From positions 100,194,001 to 100,258,000 of the forward strand of contig CM059432.1 of the NCBI GenBank assembly GCA_030390025.1: a DNA stretch of 64,000 bases, written 5' to 3'. Made by a program: the position numbers and the translations under genes. Of this stretch, positions 24,442 through 37,910 are shown in pieces. The stretch comes from Squalus acanthias. Its lineage: Eukaryota. The notes beneath the pieces are model-generated. The model was not told where the DNA came from and did no database searches. It worked only from the letters and a program-made list of their open reading frames with translations. Within the stretch, counting starts at the first letter, position 1. Each line of letters begins with the position of its first letter.

Positions 24442-27400
24442 TGTAAGGGGTTCCGGCGTGCTTGTATCGCAGACGGTGCTGGTGCGAGGTTAGGCCTTCT
24501 TTGCCTAATACTATTGCTTGCTCTGGTCTCCGGCCAGCCTTGTTGCAATAAGCACCTGTGAGTGGTTCGACCCACTCGCCCTTACGGTTCTAACACTGGA
24601 CTTAGGTGCGAGAGCAGCAATGCAGAGAAAAACTCAAATAGACCTGGTTGAATAGTACGAAATGGAAATCTTTATTGCATAGCGTCCAAAATCATGAAGT
24701 ACATGTCATAGGTGCAAATTAACGAGAGTACAAGTATACATACATTCATAAAGCTTGGTCTATTGTAGAATTCGCAATATATCGCGATTTTATTAATAAG
24801 GAGAAAACACAGAGTTTCGTTCAAACAGCTTTTATTTCAGCAGAATGCTGTCAGGTTTCTCAAAGTGGACACAAGCAGCCTGTAAAATGGCCGCCGCACC
24901 TCGTGGCAGAACATTCTAGACTTTTCGACAAGCAGACAAGATGGCGTTCCAATAAACATTTGTGCAAGATCGATTAAGATTCAGCACATTGAAGATAACA
25001 CACGAGACATTATGGGTTTACAGTATACACATAAATACTGAAATCGGTCTCCCAGGTACGAATGAAAGCTATTGTACCAAGTAATCAAGGGCCCATCCAA
25101 AGACATTAATATGTAAAATCCCAACGACTCTACGATGAGAGAGCCGTTAGCGGGTAGTTATACAAAACACTTGGAAGCCCCAAAACCCCTCCAGGGAGAA
25201 CACCGACCGATTTAACAATGGGAGAAATATTAACAGGTACTCAGACATTTACGAGTAGCCCCGAAACCCATTAAGAACGGAGATCACCCATACAAGACAT
25301 TTGAGCGCCAAACCCAAACAAAAGAAAGGACATTAAGGTTGGGCGGGAAACGGAAGATTTTGTACTATAATTACAAGCTCCAACCGTCCATCTTTCTCTT
25401 ATTCTCTTATCCGATCGACTCGTAACCTCGTGGCTGCTCCTGTGTTTTGACTCGTAGTCTTGTTCCTGCTTTGCCTGGTGCCTCTTTGAAAAAGACTGTT
25501 GAACTTTATGATCCGTTCGGATCTACCTCGTGTCGCGTAACGAAGACCTATGTTGGTAACTGGCATCGGAACCAAAGGCCCGAGATGAGATGAGAAGAGA
25601 GGAAGACCATACTCATCGCCACGGTCAGTAAGCCCCGACCGCGCCTGTAGGTCGAATAGCCAAGTTTCCTTGCCAGGGAGACTTCTTTGAACTTGCAAGA
25701 ACAGACCTCGGAAGATCCTCCAAGATGATATTGACTGGTCTGTGAAACCCATTCGGACAGTGCCTGTTAAACCAACCAACACAGATCTTCATCACAGCAG
25801 ACGTTCCAGCCTGCTAGCCGGAGCAGAAGCAAGTAAACAAGTGGGACCAGGAGACCTCCTGATCGATACGTGGGTGCTGCGGTGAAAAACATCCGATCAG
25901 CTATTCGGAATTTCTCCGAGTTATCACGAGTGGTGAGCATGAGTCTCGAAATCCTACGAATCTAGCTAGGACAGATATTGATAGGGGAGGGTTTAAGTAT
26001 TAAGGATACTTGTAATGTGTGCCCCTATTTACGGTGTGTCGTTCGTTCCTCGTTTCCCTAAAATTAGTTATATAACTGCATGTAAGATTGTATTGTCATT
26101 AATCTGTGCTTATGACATGTATTTCATAATCTTAAATATCATGCAATAAAGATTTTCCATTTCGTACCATTCAACCGAGTCTACATGAGTTTCATCTCCA
26201 TTACTGCTCTCGCATCTAAGTCCAGTGTCTAGAACCGTAAGGGCGAGTGATTCGAACCACTCACAGGTGTGTCTAGTGCTTCCAGACTGGCTGGAGACCA
26301 GAACAGGCAACAAGGCCTAAACTCGCACTGACATACAGGCTGCACAGAGCCGCGTGAATCTCACAGGCTGCGAGACACGCACGGTCAAATCCCTTACACT
26401 ATGGTAATGAAGAACACACGGCACATCGTAAAAAGGGGAACACGTTATACTTTATCCTTAATAGAACCACCCTCCCCTATCAATACCTACACTACATCTA
26501 GATTTGTAGGATCGGGAAACATGCTCACCACTCGTGATACTTCGGAGAATTTTAAAGTGAGGCACTCGGCTCGTTTCGCTGCAGCGCCTGACTGTCACGT
26601 GTTTGGCGGGGTCTCTGTACCCCACTTGTTTATCTTCGCTGCTGCGGCAAGCAGGCTGGGCTCCCCGTTGTCATGAAGAACTCGACAGCACTCGGGCCCG
26701 GCTGTAGAACTCAAAGAAAAGTCTTCCTGTACCGACACCAGTTGTCGGTAGAATTCAAAGAAGAGTCTTTGACCGGTTCGTGCAATAACCTGTAGAGTTC
26801 AAGAAGTGGGTCTTATATTTTCAGGCGCAGTCGGGGTTTACTGACCGCGGCGGCACGTGGATTCTTCTTCTTTTCTTGTCATTTCGTCTTGTCTTGTTGG
26901 GCCTTCGGGTCCAGACACCGTTTACCGACTCTCGGGATGGTGCACCCGATCACTTGCCTTCGTCGAGGCGGCTCGTTCCGATTGAGCTCCACCCAACATT
27001 CGAATAACCGTCCAGTGCGGCTAAAGTCCAGAGTCAACAGAGTCCAGAGAAAACGCAGAAGGCTGCTCGTCCAGCAGAGCGATACCCGAGGATCAGAATA
27101 ACAGAATAAGAGTTCAGCCCGAGTCAAGAGTCAGCAGAGAATAAGAGAGCGATGGACATTTGTTCACTATAGTTATAGTGCTGTGTTCCCTTATCTCCCG
27201 CTCAAATCTTAATGTTTGTCCTTTGTGAAATATTGGCGCTCAAAACTCCCAGCATGGGGCGATTCTTGTCTTTAACGGGTTTCGGTAGCACCTGAAACTG
27301 GCCAACTACCCGTTAATGTTTTCCCCATTGTTGAACCGGCTAGGAGCCTTCCTGGCTGGGGTTTGGGGGCCCCCGAATACTTGTTTAATCACCTGAGAAT

Positions 27401-27784
27401 GGCTCTCTCATTGTAGAGCCGTGGGGGTATTTGTGTATTGATGTGTCTGGATGGGCCTTCGATTGCCCAGTATAATGGTCCTTACTTGTGCATGGAAAGC
27501 GATTCCAGCACTCATATCTTTTGCTATTGTCACAAATGCAAACAGGTTGCATCCTGTCTTTATCAGTGCTTATCGAGTATGATCCCATCTTATATTGAAA
27601 TGTTTATTCGAACGCCATCTTGTCTGCCCACTGTAATTCTGGAAGCTTCTGCCACGATGCGCGGTGGCCATTTTACAGGCTTCTGTGTCCTTTTTATCAT
27701 GACAGCATTTCGTTTAAATAAACTGATCAAACGAATCTGCTTCTATCTTGTTATTTCGAATCGCGATAATTGCGAAACTTTACA
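24442..27784 (-). mobile_element. Solo LTR A2, interrupted by LTR B1
   Basis: TGTAA...TTACA; TSD GCAT (24438-24441 and 27785-27788); colinear with A1. Confidence 0.92.
24764..26398 (+). mobile_element. Solo LTR B1 (1635 bp), nested in A2 in opposite orientation
   Basis: TGTAG...TTACA; TSD CTAT (24760-24763 and 26399-26402). Confidence 0.92.
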
Positions 27785-28029
27785 GCATTAAAATCCATGT
27801 AAGGGTATGAAGTTGCTGTACGTACCCACTAGTTACCCATTAAACACGCCCAAACTAGTTAGAGCTGATGCTTTGGGATGTAAGTGAATTTTTAATGGCA
27901 TGATAAATCTTAATTACTGCCAAACAACCTTTCTGGCACTGAAAATGTAATTTTACAAGTGTGGAGTCTCATTCCTTCAGAATTTAGTAACTGTTGGAGA
28001 TTTATCAAAATAATTTAAATTTAAAAAAT

Positions 28030-28950
28030 CAGATTGGTTGAAGAGCCACGCTGTTGCTTTTCCTGCTCACACACGCCACAGAGCCGCTGTAGAGGGTGCC
28101 GCACTGGATCAGACACCCGATGACACCAAGTTGTCACTTAAAAGATACGAAAAGTCTATGGGTAGCTGTAAGCACAGAAAACAGCGAGCACCGTTCCTTC
28201 GCCACTGACTGCAAAATCCAGGTGATCATGTTTAACATAGTCACAGATTCAACAAAAAGAGACTGTAGCCTTAAGTTTAGCAGGGGATGGGGAAGTTGCA
28301 CTTGGGAACAAATCTAGCTTTCATGACAGAGCCATCCTTCCATTGTTCCTTTTCCTTCAAATAAATCTGGCACAGATGTCTGGCACAAGATGAAAATATC
28401 ATAGGTGTTGCATTGAACTGCATGATACTGTCTTGGTGGCCATTTACCACTGATGGAGTTGCAAGGAGCCCAGATGGCCACATGGGTGCCATCAATAACT
28501 GATGCAGTTTTAGAAAGCTGGTAGTCCAGTAGAATTGGGAAGCCTTGTCATGTTGCTATTTCTCATCAATGGGAAAGAAAGTGAAGCTGTCCATCATCCT
28601 GAATAAAGCATCTGTTACCTGTTTGATGAAACAATGCACAGCGAATTTGGAAATACTTCCTCTCTTGGACCTAGCTTGGAAGGAATAAGAGGCATAAAAA
28701 TTGAGAACCATGATCATGGCCATTGGCAGTATTAGCCCCATGTTCAAGTTTTTCTGCAGGTCTTCCTCAAGTAGATAGCACTACCTGCCTGTGATCATCC
28801 AGAGGCAGTGCTCTTCATCCATTTTCCAGATAGCTGTACCTGTAGATGTGATGGGTGGCATGAAAGTGGGTTAGACAGTTTGCTTTTGACATCCCTGATG
28901 ACATCCTTGATGGCGCTTCTCTGTTCTAGATCATCGTCTACCAATAAGCC
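28030..28950 (-). pseudogene. PIF/Harbinger transposase remnant
   Basis: LNFYASYSFQ...ISKFAVHCFIKQVTDALF...F.FFP and DGTHVAI in a neighbouring frame (HARBI1-like). Confidence 0.8.
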
Positions 28951-30094
28951 GAGTGACAAAGGAAACCCTGAAAGCAATTCCCATTTTAATGAGCTTTCTG
29001 ACGGCACAATCTGTGAATCTGCAGCTTCTGATGCCTGACAGGTGAGAACCGACCTCAGCTGTAGTATTTGTTTCATATGGGTAGATTTAGGACATTGCAC
29101 ATCCACTGCATGAAAATTAGAATTTCGTAGGGCTTCTCCTTAACAAGCAACAATCCAGAAATTAACAAGCATAACATGGCTAAGGCACGGTACAGGAGAT
29201 GTGACGCACTGCCGGTTGACAGTGTGATTTCTGGCAGATGTAAGGCAGGGAGGAGGTGAAACTATCAACCCCCAATATCACTAACCAGTATTCCTGAATT
29301 GCTACTGTCATAATGCTTTATGCCAATAAAAAAAAACTATAAGCTTCGACCAATACTGATTCTTGCAATACTTGGGCTAGAGGAAAAGAATGGACATTCT
29401 GGCCCTCAATTTCCCAATCCACTGTTGCAACTTCAGCAGGACACCTGGAGAAAACTGGTACATTTTTTTAAAATTCATTCACAGGATGTGGGCAGTCACT
29501 GGCAAGGCCAGTATTTATTGCCCATCCCTAATTGCCCTTGAGAAGGTGGTGGTAAGCGCCTTTTTGAACCACTGCAGTCCGTGTGGTGAAGGTAATCCCA
29601 CAGTGCTGTTAGGTAGGGAGTTCCAGGACCCAGTGACAATAAAGAAACGCTGATATATTTCCATGTCAGGATGGCGTGCAACTTGGAGGGGAACTTGGCG
29701 ATGATGGTGTTCCCATGCGCCTGCTGCCCTTGACCTTCTAGGTGATAGAGGTCACGGGTTTGGGAGGTGCTGTCAAAGAAGCCTTGGCAAGTTGCTGCAG
29801 TGCATCTTGTAGATGGTACACACTGCAGCCACGGTGCGCTGGTGGTGGAGGAGTGAATGTTTAAGGTGGTGGATGGGGTGCCAAACAAGTGAGCTGATTT
29901 GTCCTGGATGGTTTCGAGCTTCCTGAGTGTTGTTGGAGCTGCACTCATCCAGGCAAGTGGAGAGTATTCCATCACACTCCTTACTTGTGCCTTGTAGATG
30001 GTAGAAAGGCTTTGGGGAGTCAGGAGGTGAGTCACTTGCCGCAGAATACCTAGCCTCTGACCTGCTCTTGTAGCCACAGTATTTATGTAGCTGG

Positions 30095-31749
30095 TGTAAA
30101 ATTCGCAATTATCGTGATTCGAAATAACGAGATAAAGCAGATTCGTTTCATCAGTTTTATTTCAACGAAATGCTGTCATGATTAAACAGGACACAGAAGC
30201 CTGTAAAATGGCCACCGCACCTCGTGGCAGAAGCTTCCAGAATTTTCAGTGGGCAGACAAGATGGCGTTCGAATAAACATTTCAGTATAAGATTGGTTAA
30301 TACGCAGCAAACACTGATAAAGACAGGATGCAACCTGTCTGCATTCGACACAATAGCAAAGATATAAGTGCTGGAATCATTTTCCATGCACAAGTAAGGA
30401 CCATTGTACTGGGCAATCGAAGGCCCATCCAGATACATCAATACGCAAATTCCCCACGGCTCTACAATGAGAGAGCCATTCTCGGGTACTTACACAAGTA
30501 TTCGGAGGCCCCCAAAACCCCGCCAGGGAGGCTCCTAGCCGGTTCGACAATGGGAAAAACATTAACGGGTAGTTGGCCAGTTTAAGGTGCTACCGAAACC
30601 CATTACAAACAAGAATCACCCCATACTGGGAATTTTGAGCGCCAAGATTTTACAAAGGATGAACATTAAGATTTGGGCAGGAGATAAGGGAACACAGCAC
30701 TATAACTATAGTGAACAAACGTCCATCGCTCTCTTATTCCTCTGATCCTCCCGGCGCTGATTCGTTTGAACTGACTCTGGACGCGGGCTGAACTTTTATT
30801 CTCCTATGTTGGGTGGAGCTCAATTTGGAACGAGTCGCCTCGACGAAGGCCAGTGACCGGGTGCACCATCCCGAGGGTCGGTAAACGGTGTTCTGGACCC
30901 GAAGGCCCGACGAGACGAGATGAGAAGAGAAGAAGAAGAATCCACATGCCGCCGCGGTCAGTAAACCCCGACCGCGCCCGTAAATATAAAGACGATTTTT
31001 GAACTCTATCAGGTTGCTGCTGAACCAGTGGAAGACTCTCTTTCGAATTCTATCGACAACCGATGTCAATACAGGAAGACTCTTCTTTGAATTTTACCGG
31101 TTAACTGGTGTCGGTCCAGAAAGACTTTTCTTTGAATTCTACAGCCGGGCCCGAGCACTGTCGAGTTCTTCATGACAACGGGGAGCCCAGCCTGCTAGCC
31201 GGAGCAGAGAAGATAAACAAGTGGGGTACAGAGACCCCTTCCAACACGTGACAGTCAGGTGTTGCAGCAAAACAAGCCGAGTGCCTCGTTTAAAATTCTC
31301 CGAAGTATCACGAGTGGTGAGCATGTTTCCTCGCTCCTACAAATCTAGATTAGTGTAGGTATTAATAGGGGAGGGTGGTTTTATTAAGGATAAATATAAT
31401 GTGTTCCCCTTTTTATGATGTGCCGTGCGATCCTCATTACCCTAGACCAAGTTTTATGAATGTATGTATAATTGTACTGTCATTAATTTGTGCCTATGAC
31501 ATGTACTTCATGATTTTGGACGTTATGCAATAAAGATTTCCATTTCGTACTATTCAACCGGGTCTATTTGAGTTTTTCTCTGCATTACTGCTCTCGCACC
31601 TAAGTCCAGTGTTAGAACCGTAAGGGCGAGTGGGTCGAACCACTCACAGGTGCTTATTGCAACAAGGCTGGCCGGAGACCAGAGTAAGCAATAGTATTAG
31701 GCAACGAAGGCCTAACCCTGCTCAAGCACCCTGAACCGAACCCCTTACA
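30095..31749 (+). mobile_element. Solo LTR A3 (1655 bp)
   Basis: TGTAA...TTACA; TSD CTGG (30091-30094 and 31750-31753). Confidence 0.92.
30670..30710 (+). promoter_or_regulatory. Putative LTR core promoter (E2F-like/GATA motif plus TATA-like element)
   Basis: gatttgggcaggagataaggg...tataactata; equivalent motif in A1, A2, B and LTR C (gatttggcgggtagataagg...tataatt); YY1-like CAAGATGGCG upstream. Confidence 0.5.
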
Positions 31750-34700
31750 CTGGTCCAGTTAAATTTCAATGGTTATGCCCAGGATGGTGGCCGATTCGGC
31801 GATGGTAATGCCTTTGAATGTAAAGGGGAGGTGGTTAAACTCGCTCTTGTTGGAGATGGTCATTGCCTGTCACTTGTGTGGCGTGAATGTTACTTGCCAC
31901 TTATCAGCCCAAGCCTGAATGTTGTCCAGGTCTTGCTGCATGCAGCCACGGATGCTTCATTATCTGAGGAGTTGCGAATGGAACTGGACACTGTGCAATC
32001 ATCAGCGAACCTCCACACATCTGACTTATGATGGAGGGAAGGTTATTGATGAAGCAGCTGAAGATATTTCGGCTTAGGACACTGCCCTGAGGAACTTTTG
32101 CAGCGATGTCCTGGGGCTGAGATGATTGACCTCCAACAACCATAACTATCTTCCTTTGTGCTAGGTATGACTCCAGCCAGTGGAGAGTTTTCCTCCTGAT
32201 TCCCATTGACTTCAGTTTTACTAGGGCTCCTTGATGCCACACACAGTCAGATGCTGCCTTGATGTCAAGGGCAGTCACTCTCACCTCACCTCTGGAATTC
32301 AGCTCCTTTGTCCATATTTGGAACAAGGCTGTAATGAGGTCTGGAGCCGAGTGGTCCTGGCAGAACCCAAACTGTGCGTTGGTGAGCAGGTTATTGGTAA
32401 GTGCCGCTTGATAGCACTCGACAAGCCCATCCATCACTTTGCTGATGATTGAGAGTAGGCTGATGCAGCATTAATTGGCCGGATTGAATTTGTCCTGCTT
32501 TTTGTGGACAGGACATACGTGGGCAATTTTCCTCTTTGTCAGGTAGCTGCCAGCATTGTGTCTGTACCAGCACAGCTTGGCTAGAGGCGAGGCTAGTTCT
32601 GGAGCACAAGTCTTCAGCATGACAGCCAGAATGTTGTCGTGGCCCATAGCCTTTACTGTATCCAGTGCGCTCAGCCGTTTCTTGATATCACGTGGAGTGA
32701 ATCGAGTTGGCTGAAGACTGGCTTCTGTGATGGTGGGGACCTCAGGAGGAGGCCAAGATGGATCATCCACTTGGCATGTCTGGCTGAAGATGGTTGCAAA
32801 CACTTCAGCCTTGTCTTTTGCACTCACGTGCTGGGCTACGCCATCATTGAGGATGGGAATGTTCATGGAGCCTCCTCCTCCCGTTAGTTGTTTAATTGTC
32901 CACCACCATTCACGACTGAATGTGGCAGGACAGCAGTGCTTTGATCTGATCTGTTGGTTGTGGGATCACTTAGCTCTGGCTATAGCATGCTCCTTTCGCT
33001 ATTTAGCATGCATGTAGTCCTGCGTTTTAGCTTCACCAGGTTGGCACCTCATTTTTAGGTACGCCTGATGCTGCTCCTGGAATGCTCTTCTACACTCCTT
33101 ATTGAACCAGGGTTGGTCCCTTGGCTTGATAGCAATGGTAGAGTGAGGGATATGCCGGGATGTGATGGAATACAGTTCTGCTGCTGCTGATGGCCCACAG
33201 CGCCTCATGGATACCCAGTTTTGAGCTGCTAGATCTGTGCTGAATCTATCACATTTAGCATGGTGGTAGTGCCACACAACATGATGGAGGGTGTCCTCAG
33301 TGTAAATACAGGACTTTGTCTCCACAAGGACTGTGCGGTGTTCATTACTACAAATACTGTCATGAACATCTGAGACAGGTAGATTGGTGAGGATGAGGTC
33401 AAGTCGGGTTTTCCCTCTTGTTGGTTCTCTCACCGCCTGCCCCAGGCCCAGTCTGGCAGCTATATCCTTCAACACTACAGACGGGATGTTGTCGGGGCCC
33501 ATAGCCTTTGCTGTATCCAGTGCGCTCAGCCGTTTCTTGATATCATGTGGAGTGAATCGAGTTGGCTGAAGACTGGCTTCTGTGATGGTGGGGACCTCAG
33601 GAGGAGGCCGAGATGGATCATCCACTCGGCCCCCTCAGTCAGTAGTGGAGCTACCGAGCCACTCTTGGTGATAGACATAGAAGTCCCCTACCCAGATTGC
33701 ATTCTCTGCCCTTGCTGCCTTCAGTGCTTCTTCCAAGTGGTGTTCAACATGGAGGAGTATTGATTCATCAGCTGAGGGAGGGCAGTAGGTGATAATCAGC
33801 AGGGGGTTTCCTTGCCCATGTTTGACCTGATGGTGTGAGACTACATGGGATCCGGAGTCAATGTTGAGGACTCCCAGGGCCACTCTGCTGACTGTATACC
33901 ACTGTGCCGCCACCTCTGCTGGGTCTGTCTGGGACATTGGCTGAAATGTATGATCCTGAGAGTATGATTGTTGACTTGACTAGTCTGTGGGACAGTTCTC
34001 TCAATTTTGGCATAAGTCCCTAGATGTTAGTGAGGAGGACACTGCAGTGTCGACTGGGCTGTGTATGCCTTTGTCGTGTCCGAATCCGATGCCTAGGTCG
34101 ATGCCCGGTGGTTCATCTGATTTTATTCTTATTATACTTTTGTCATTGCAGTTTGGTACAACCACATTGGTGTGAGTCTGGACTCACATATAGGGCGATC
34201 GGGTAAGAACAGCAGAATTCCTTCCCTAAAGGACATTAATGAACCAGATGGGTTTGTACGACAATCCGGGAGTAAAATGGTCACCAATACTACATGGTCA
34301 CCATTATTGATGCTATCTTTTTAATTCCAGATTTTTTTAATTAACTGACTTTACATTCCCCAGCTGCCATGATGGAATTTGAAATTGTGTCTCTCGATCG
34401 TAAGGCCAGGCCTTTGGGTTACTAGCCTTGTAACATAACCACTGTGCTAGCGTAACCCCCCCTGAATGTGGCTGGAAACAGTAGTTTCTGAAGTTATAGC
34501 AGGAGATTGGGACAAAACCCGTGGAAATTCAGGCCCTCTGTGCTGAAGTGTAAACACAAGAAATGTGTGTATACAGCTTTTGAATATCAGTCTGAAGAAA
34601 GTGATGAATATAAATGTGGAGACTGTCAATCTTGACATTTCTCCACTGTCAATTTTAAGCTCTGTCGTTAGAACATTTGGAATATGGTGATCTTGCGTGG

Positions 34701-35094
34701 CATTTGATGGTTAGGTTGAAGAGAAAAATGTTGCAACATTTCATCACCTGTCTCGGTACCATCAAGTATTTCCTTTCAACCAAGGGAATGGATTATCTGG
34801 AATGAGGTAATAGCGTGTGCTTGGTAGATTTCATGTTCCTGACAGGTCTCACTGCTCATATGAATGTTTTCAATTTATGCCTTCAGGGAATCATACACAG
34901 CAGCCATGGATAATGTAAGTAGTGGGATAAGTCTGCTCTGAAGTGCAACTTCATTGGCTGTGAAGCACTTTATAATGTCCTGAGGCTTTGAAGGATGCTA
35001 TGGAAATCCAAGTGCTTTCACAAAAATGAATCCCTTTGTCTGTGTTGGAATACTTATTAGATTTGTTTTTTGCTGGTTCTGGCACGCACGGAGT

Positions 35095-36103
35095 TGGTAT
35101 AGTTGCTGCTTGCTGTTTCTGAGGCAAAGAATACACATGTTGGCCAGAAAACCGGGAGAACTCCCTAGCTCCTCTTGAAATCTTGGGATCATTTACATCC
35201 ACCTGAAAGGATAGGCAGAGCCTGGATTTAAAATCACATCCGAAACACAATAGGGTAGAGTTTCCGCTCATTTATGCCAGTAATATCAGTGCAATTCAGG
35301 TGGAATCGGTCAAACCAGCGCAAAAGATCGGAGAAATTTAAACATAAGTGAGTTACGCCCAAAACCACATACGTTCGTGCTTTCCGCGATCTTTTAAACT
35401 GGTTCAAGATTCAGTTCGACCGGATCAGGCCCCGCCCACAAAACTAGCCACATCCCCAGGTCGAAATTGTGAGATTCAGCCCATTGCACTTGTTTGGGAA
35501 GGCTCTTCAAATTGTGTTCATTTTCTTAGGTGCACAGGCACTAGTAGGCACGTTTTATAAGATTTTTCTCTTCAAAAAATATTTAATTTACTAATGAAAC
35601 TTTTAAATGGTTCAGTATATGCTTTTTTTAAGTAATTTTCAGTGATTTTAAATCAGGTTACTCACAGGTGGAGGACTGGACATTCTTATTATAAATGCTT
35701 CTTTTTAGTAATAAAGCTATTTATGCTGAATTAATAAAGCTGCACCTGGACTCCACTCTTGAAGACATCAAGGAATATTGTTTAATGGGAAGAAAAAAAA
35801 AGGAACAATTACATTCTATTATGCTGCCTGATTGTGCTGGTTCATGGAAGATTTTACATTTGGGAATATGTAAATGAATTAATGCAAACTTGAACTGTAA
35901 CATAACCAGCAAAATTTTGGGCGCAATTTCCCGATTGTGCCCAAAGCGGAAACTCTACCCTCGTGCCTCTGACAGTGCAGTGCCCCCTTAGTACTACACT
36001 GGAATGCCAGCCTAGATTATGTACAAGTCTTTGGAGTGGGGCTTGAACCAGCGACTTTCTGATGGAGAGACAAGAGTGCTACGACTGAACCAAGGCTGAC
36101 ACC
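35095..36103 (-). mobile_element. DeuSINE split by a MITE
   Basis: Deu-domain pieces at 35150-35250 and 35963-36020; tRNA head at 36030-36103. Confidence 0.7.
35253..35960. mobile_element. Harbinger-type MITE
   Basis: TIR gggtagagtttccgc / gcggaaactctaccc. Confidence 0.85.
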
Positions 36104-36662
36104 AGTAAGCCTGATTACAGCAACAGGAGCTCTCTGTTCGACCTCTGGGTCTTGCTATATTTACCTAAATATTGGGCAGGGAAAGGCACGGTCTGGTTCA
36201 AATGGGACACGAGGTTTACTTACTGGAGTAGCCAATGATACTGGATTTAAGAACAATATTTAGTGTAAAAACCAAGTTATAAGGTGTTCCACATTGAAGA
36301 AAAGAATCAGTCGTAGAAAGCAGTTAACAATATGTAACATAATCACCAATCCACTAGACATTAAGAAAAGTAATTGTCTGGATAGGCAATGTTTCTATAC
36401 ATTTATACAACTTTCCTCCCCAGTCTGTTCTCAATTTGCTGATCTCAGGCAAAGCAGCAGTAAGGGCTTTGTAATTGGCATCTGTGCCACTGGGCTGCTG
36501 ATGGGAAATAAGCCAGTGCTTCAACTCCTGATCGCTAATGAACAACCTCTATTGAAACAATAGCAAAATACTACAGATGCTAGAAATCTGAAATAGAAAC
36601 AGAAAATGCTGGAAATACTCAGCAGGTCAGGCAGCATCTGTGGAGAGAGAAAAAAAGTTAAT

Positions 36663-37246
36663 GGCCCCAAATTTGCAGTCAAAGGCTTCCCACGGGCAGA
36701 TGCCTCCGACCTGCAAAAAATCTATGAATTTACCTGGTGGCCCGGGAGTTTTGTAGCACCGTGAAATTCATTAGTAGCGCCCCAAGCAGGAGGTGGAGTG
36801 CTTTCCAGTAGTGCCCCACCTCCTGAATTTACGGTGGCGGGACGCTAACTTTTTCAGGGCTCAAAAATCAGCGCCCGGGCGACGCTAGTGGGCACCACCC
36901 AATTTTTCCACCTATATGTTTTAACAGGGCTAAAAATAAACTTACCTTATTGGACAAACTTTTTAATGTATAAATGAGTGATAAAATTTTATTTTTCTAT
37001 TTTTTAAAACGCTTACGCTGGTAAAAGCAGGCCTTACACCAGGCATAAGAATTTCAAGGGCATTCGCTGGGCAGAAATTGGGCAAATAGCGCAACTCTCC
37101 ACCCACGGAGTCCCTTTGCCAGGGATGCGGATGCAAGTTCCGGGTTTTCGCACATGCGCTTTGCATGCCTAAACCCGGAACTTGCGCAGCCCCTATGGGC
37201 GCATGCACATCTCGTACACACCCGTAAGAGTCGCAAAATACGGCCC
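36663..37246. mobile_element. Harbinger-type MITE
   Basis: Ends ggccccaaatttgc / gcaaaatacggccc; TSD AAT. Confidence 0.85.
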
Positions 37247-37626
37247 AATGTTTCAGGTCAATGATCTTCCATCAGAACTGGAAAAAGTGAGAGATGTAAC
37301 AGGTTTTAAGCAAGTACAAAGGCAGAGAAAGGGGGAGGGGAGGAAAGAACAAAAGGAAAGGTCTCTGATAGGGTGGAAGGCAGGAGAGATTAAATGACAA
37401 AAGGGATTATGGTGCAAGGCAAAAGGAGATGGTAATTAGACAAGTAAAGAAACAAAAGATGGGTCTAGTAGAGGTATAAATGGCACTAGCAGAATCATTA
37501 CCAACAGCTGCTGTCTGAAAAAATGGGGAATGGTGTTTATGATCTGAAATTGTTGAACTCAATTTTGAGTCCAGAGGCTGTAAAGTACCTAATCGAAAGA
37601 TGAGGTGCTGTTCCTCGAGCTTACAT

Positions 37627-37910
37627 AAGGGGTTGGTCATTTAAGACTGAGATGAGGATGAATTTCTTCTCTCAGAGGGTTGTGAATCTTTGCAATATTC
37701 TACCCAAAAGGGATGTGGATGCCGAGTCGTTGAGTATATTCAAGGCTGAGATAGATAGATTTTTGGACTTTAGGGGAATCAAGGGAAATGGAGATTCGGC
37801 GGGAAAGTGGAGTTGAGGTCGAAGATAAGCCATGATCTTATTGAATGGCGGAGCAGGCTCGAGGGGCCGTATGGCCTACTCCTGCTCCTAATTCTCATGT
37901 TCTTATGTTC
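37627..37910 (+). mobile_element. CR1 3' end inserted in the Penelope element
   Basis: HER1-like tail; duplication CTTACAT on both sides. Confidence 0.85.

Larger units (their letters stand above)
29463..34450 (-). mobile_element. tRNA-headed LINE copy T2 (5'-complete), interrupted by LTR A3
   Basis: Head TAGCACAGTGG at 34449; EN (Y.PPS, VGDF.V.H); RT motifs; family 3' tail. Confidence 0.88.
29401..34536. mobile_element. Short Harbinger-type MITE hosting LINE T2
   Basis: Ends ggccctcaatttcc / ggaaattcaggccc; TSD TCT. Confidence 0.7.

Noticed and set aside
26110..26313. Identical 67-aa ORF in B1 and B2 (51461-51664)
   Set aside because: Identity reflects young LTR copies; non-ATG start and interrupted by stops in the A family
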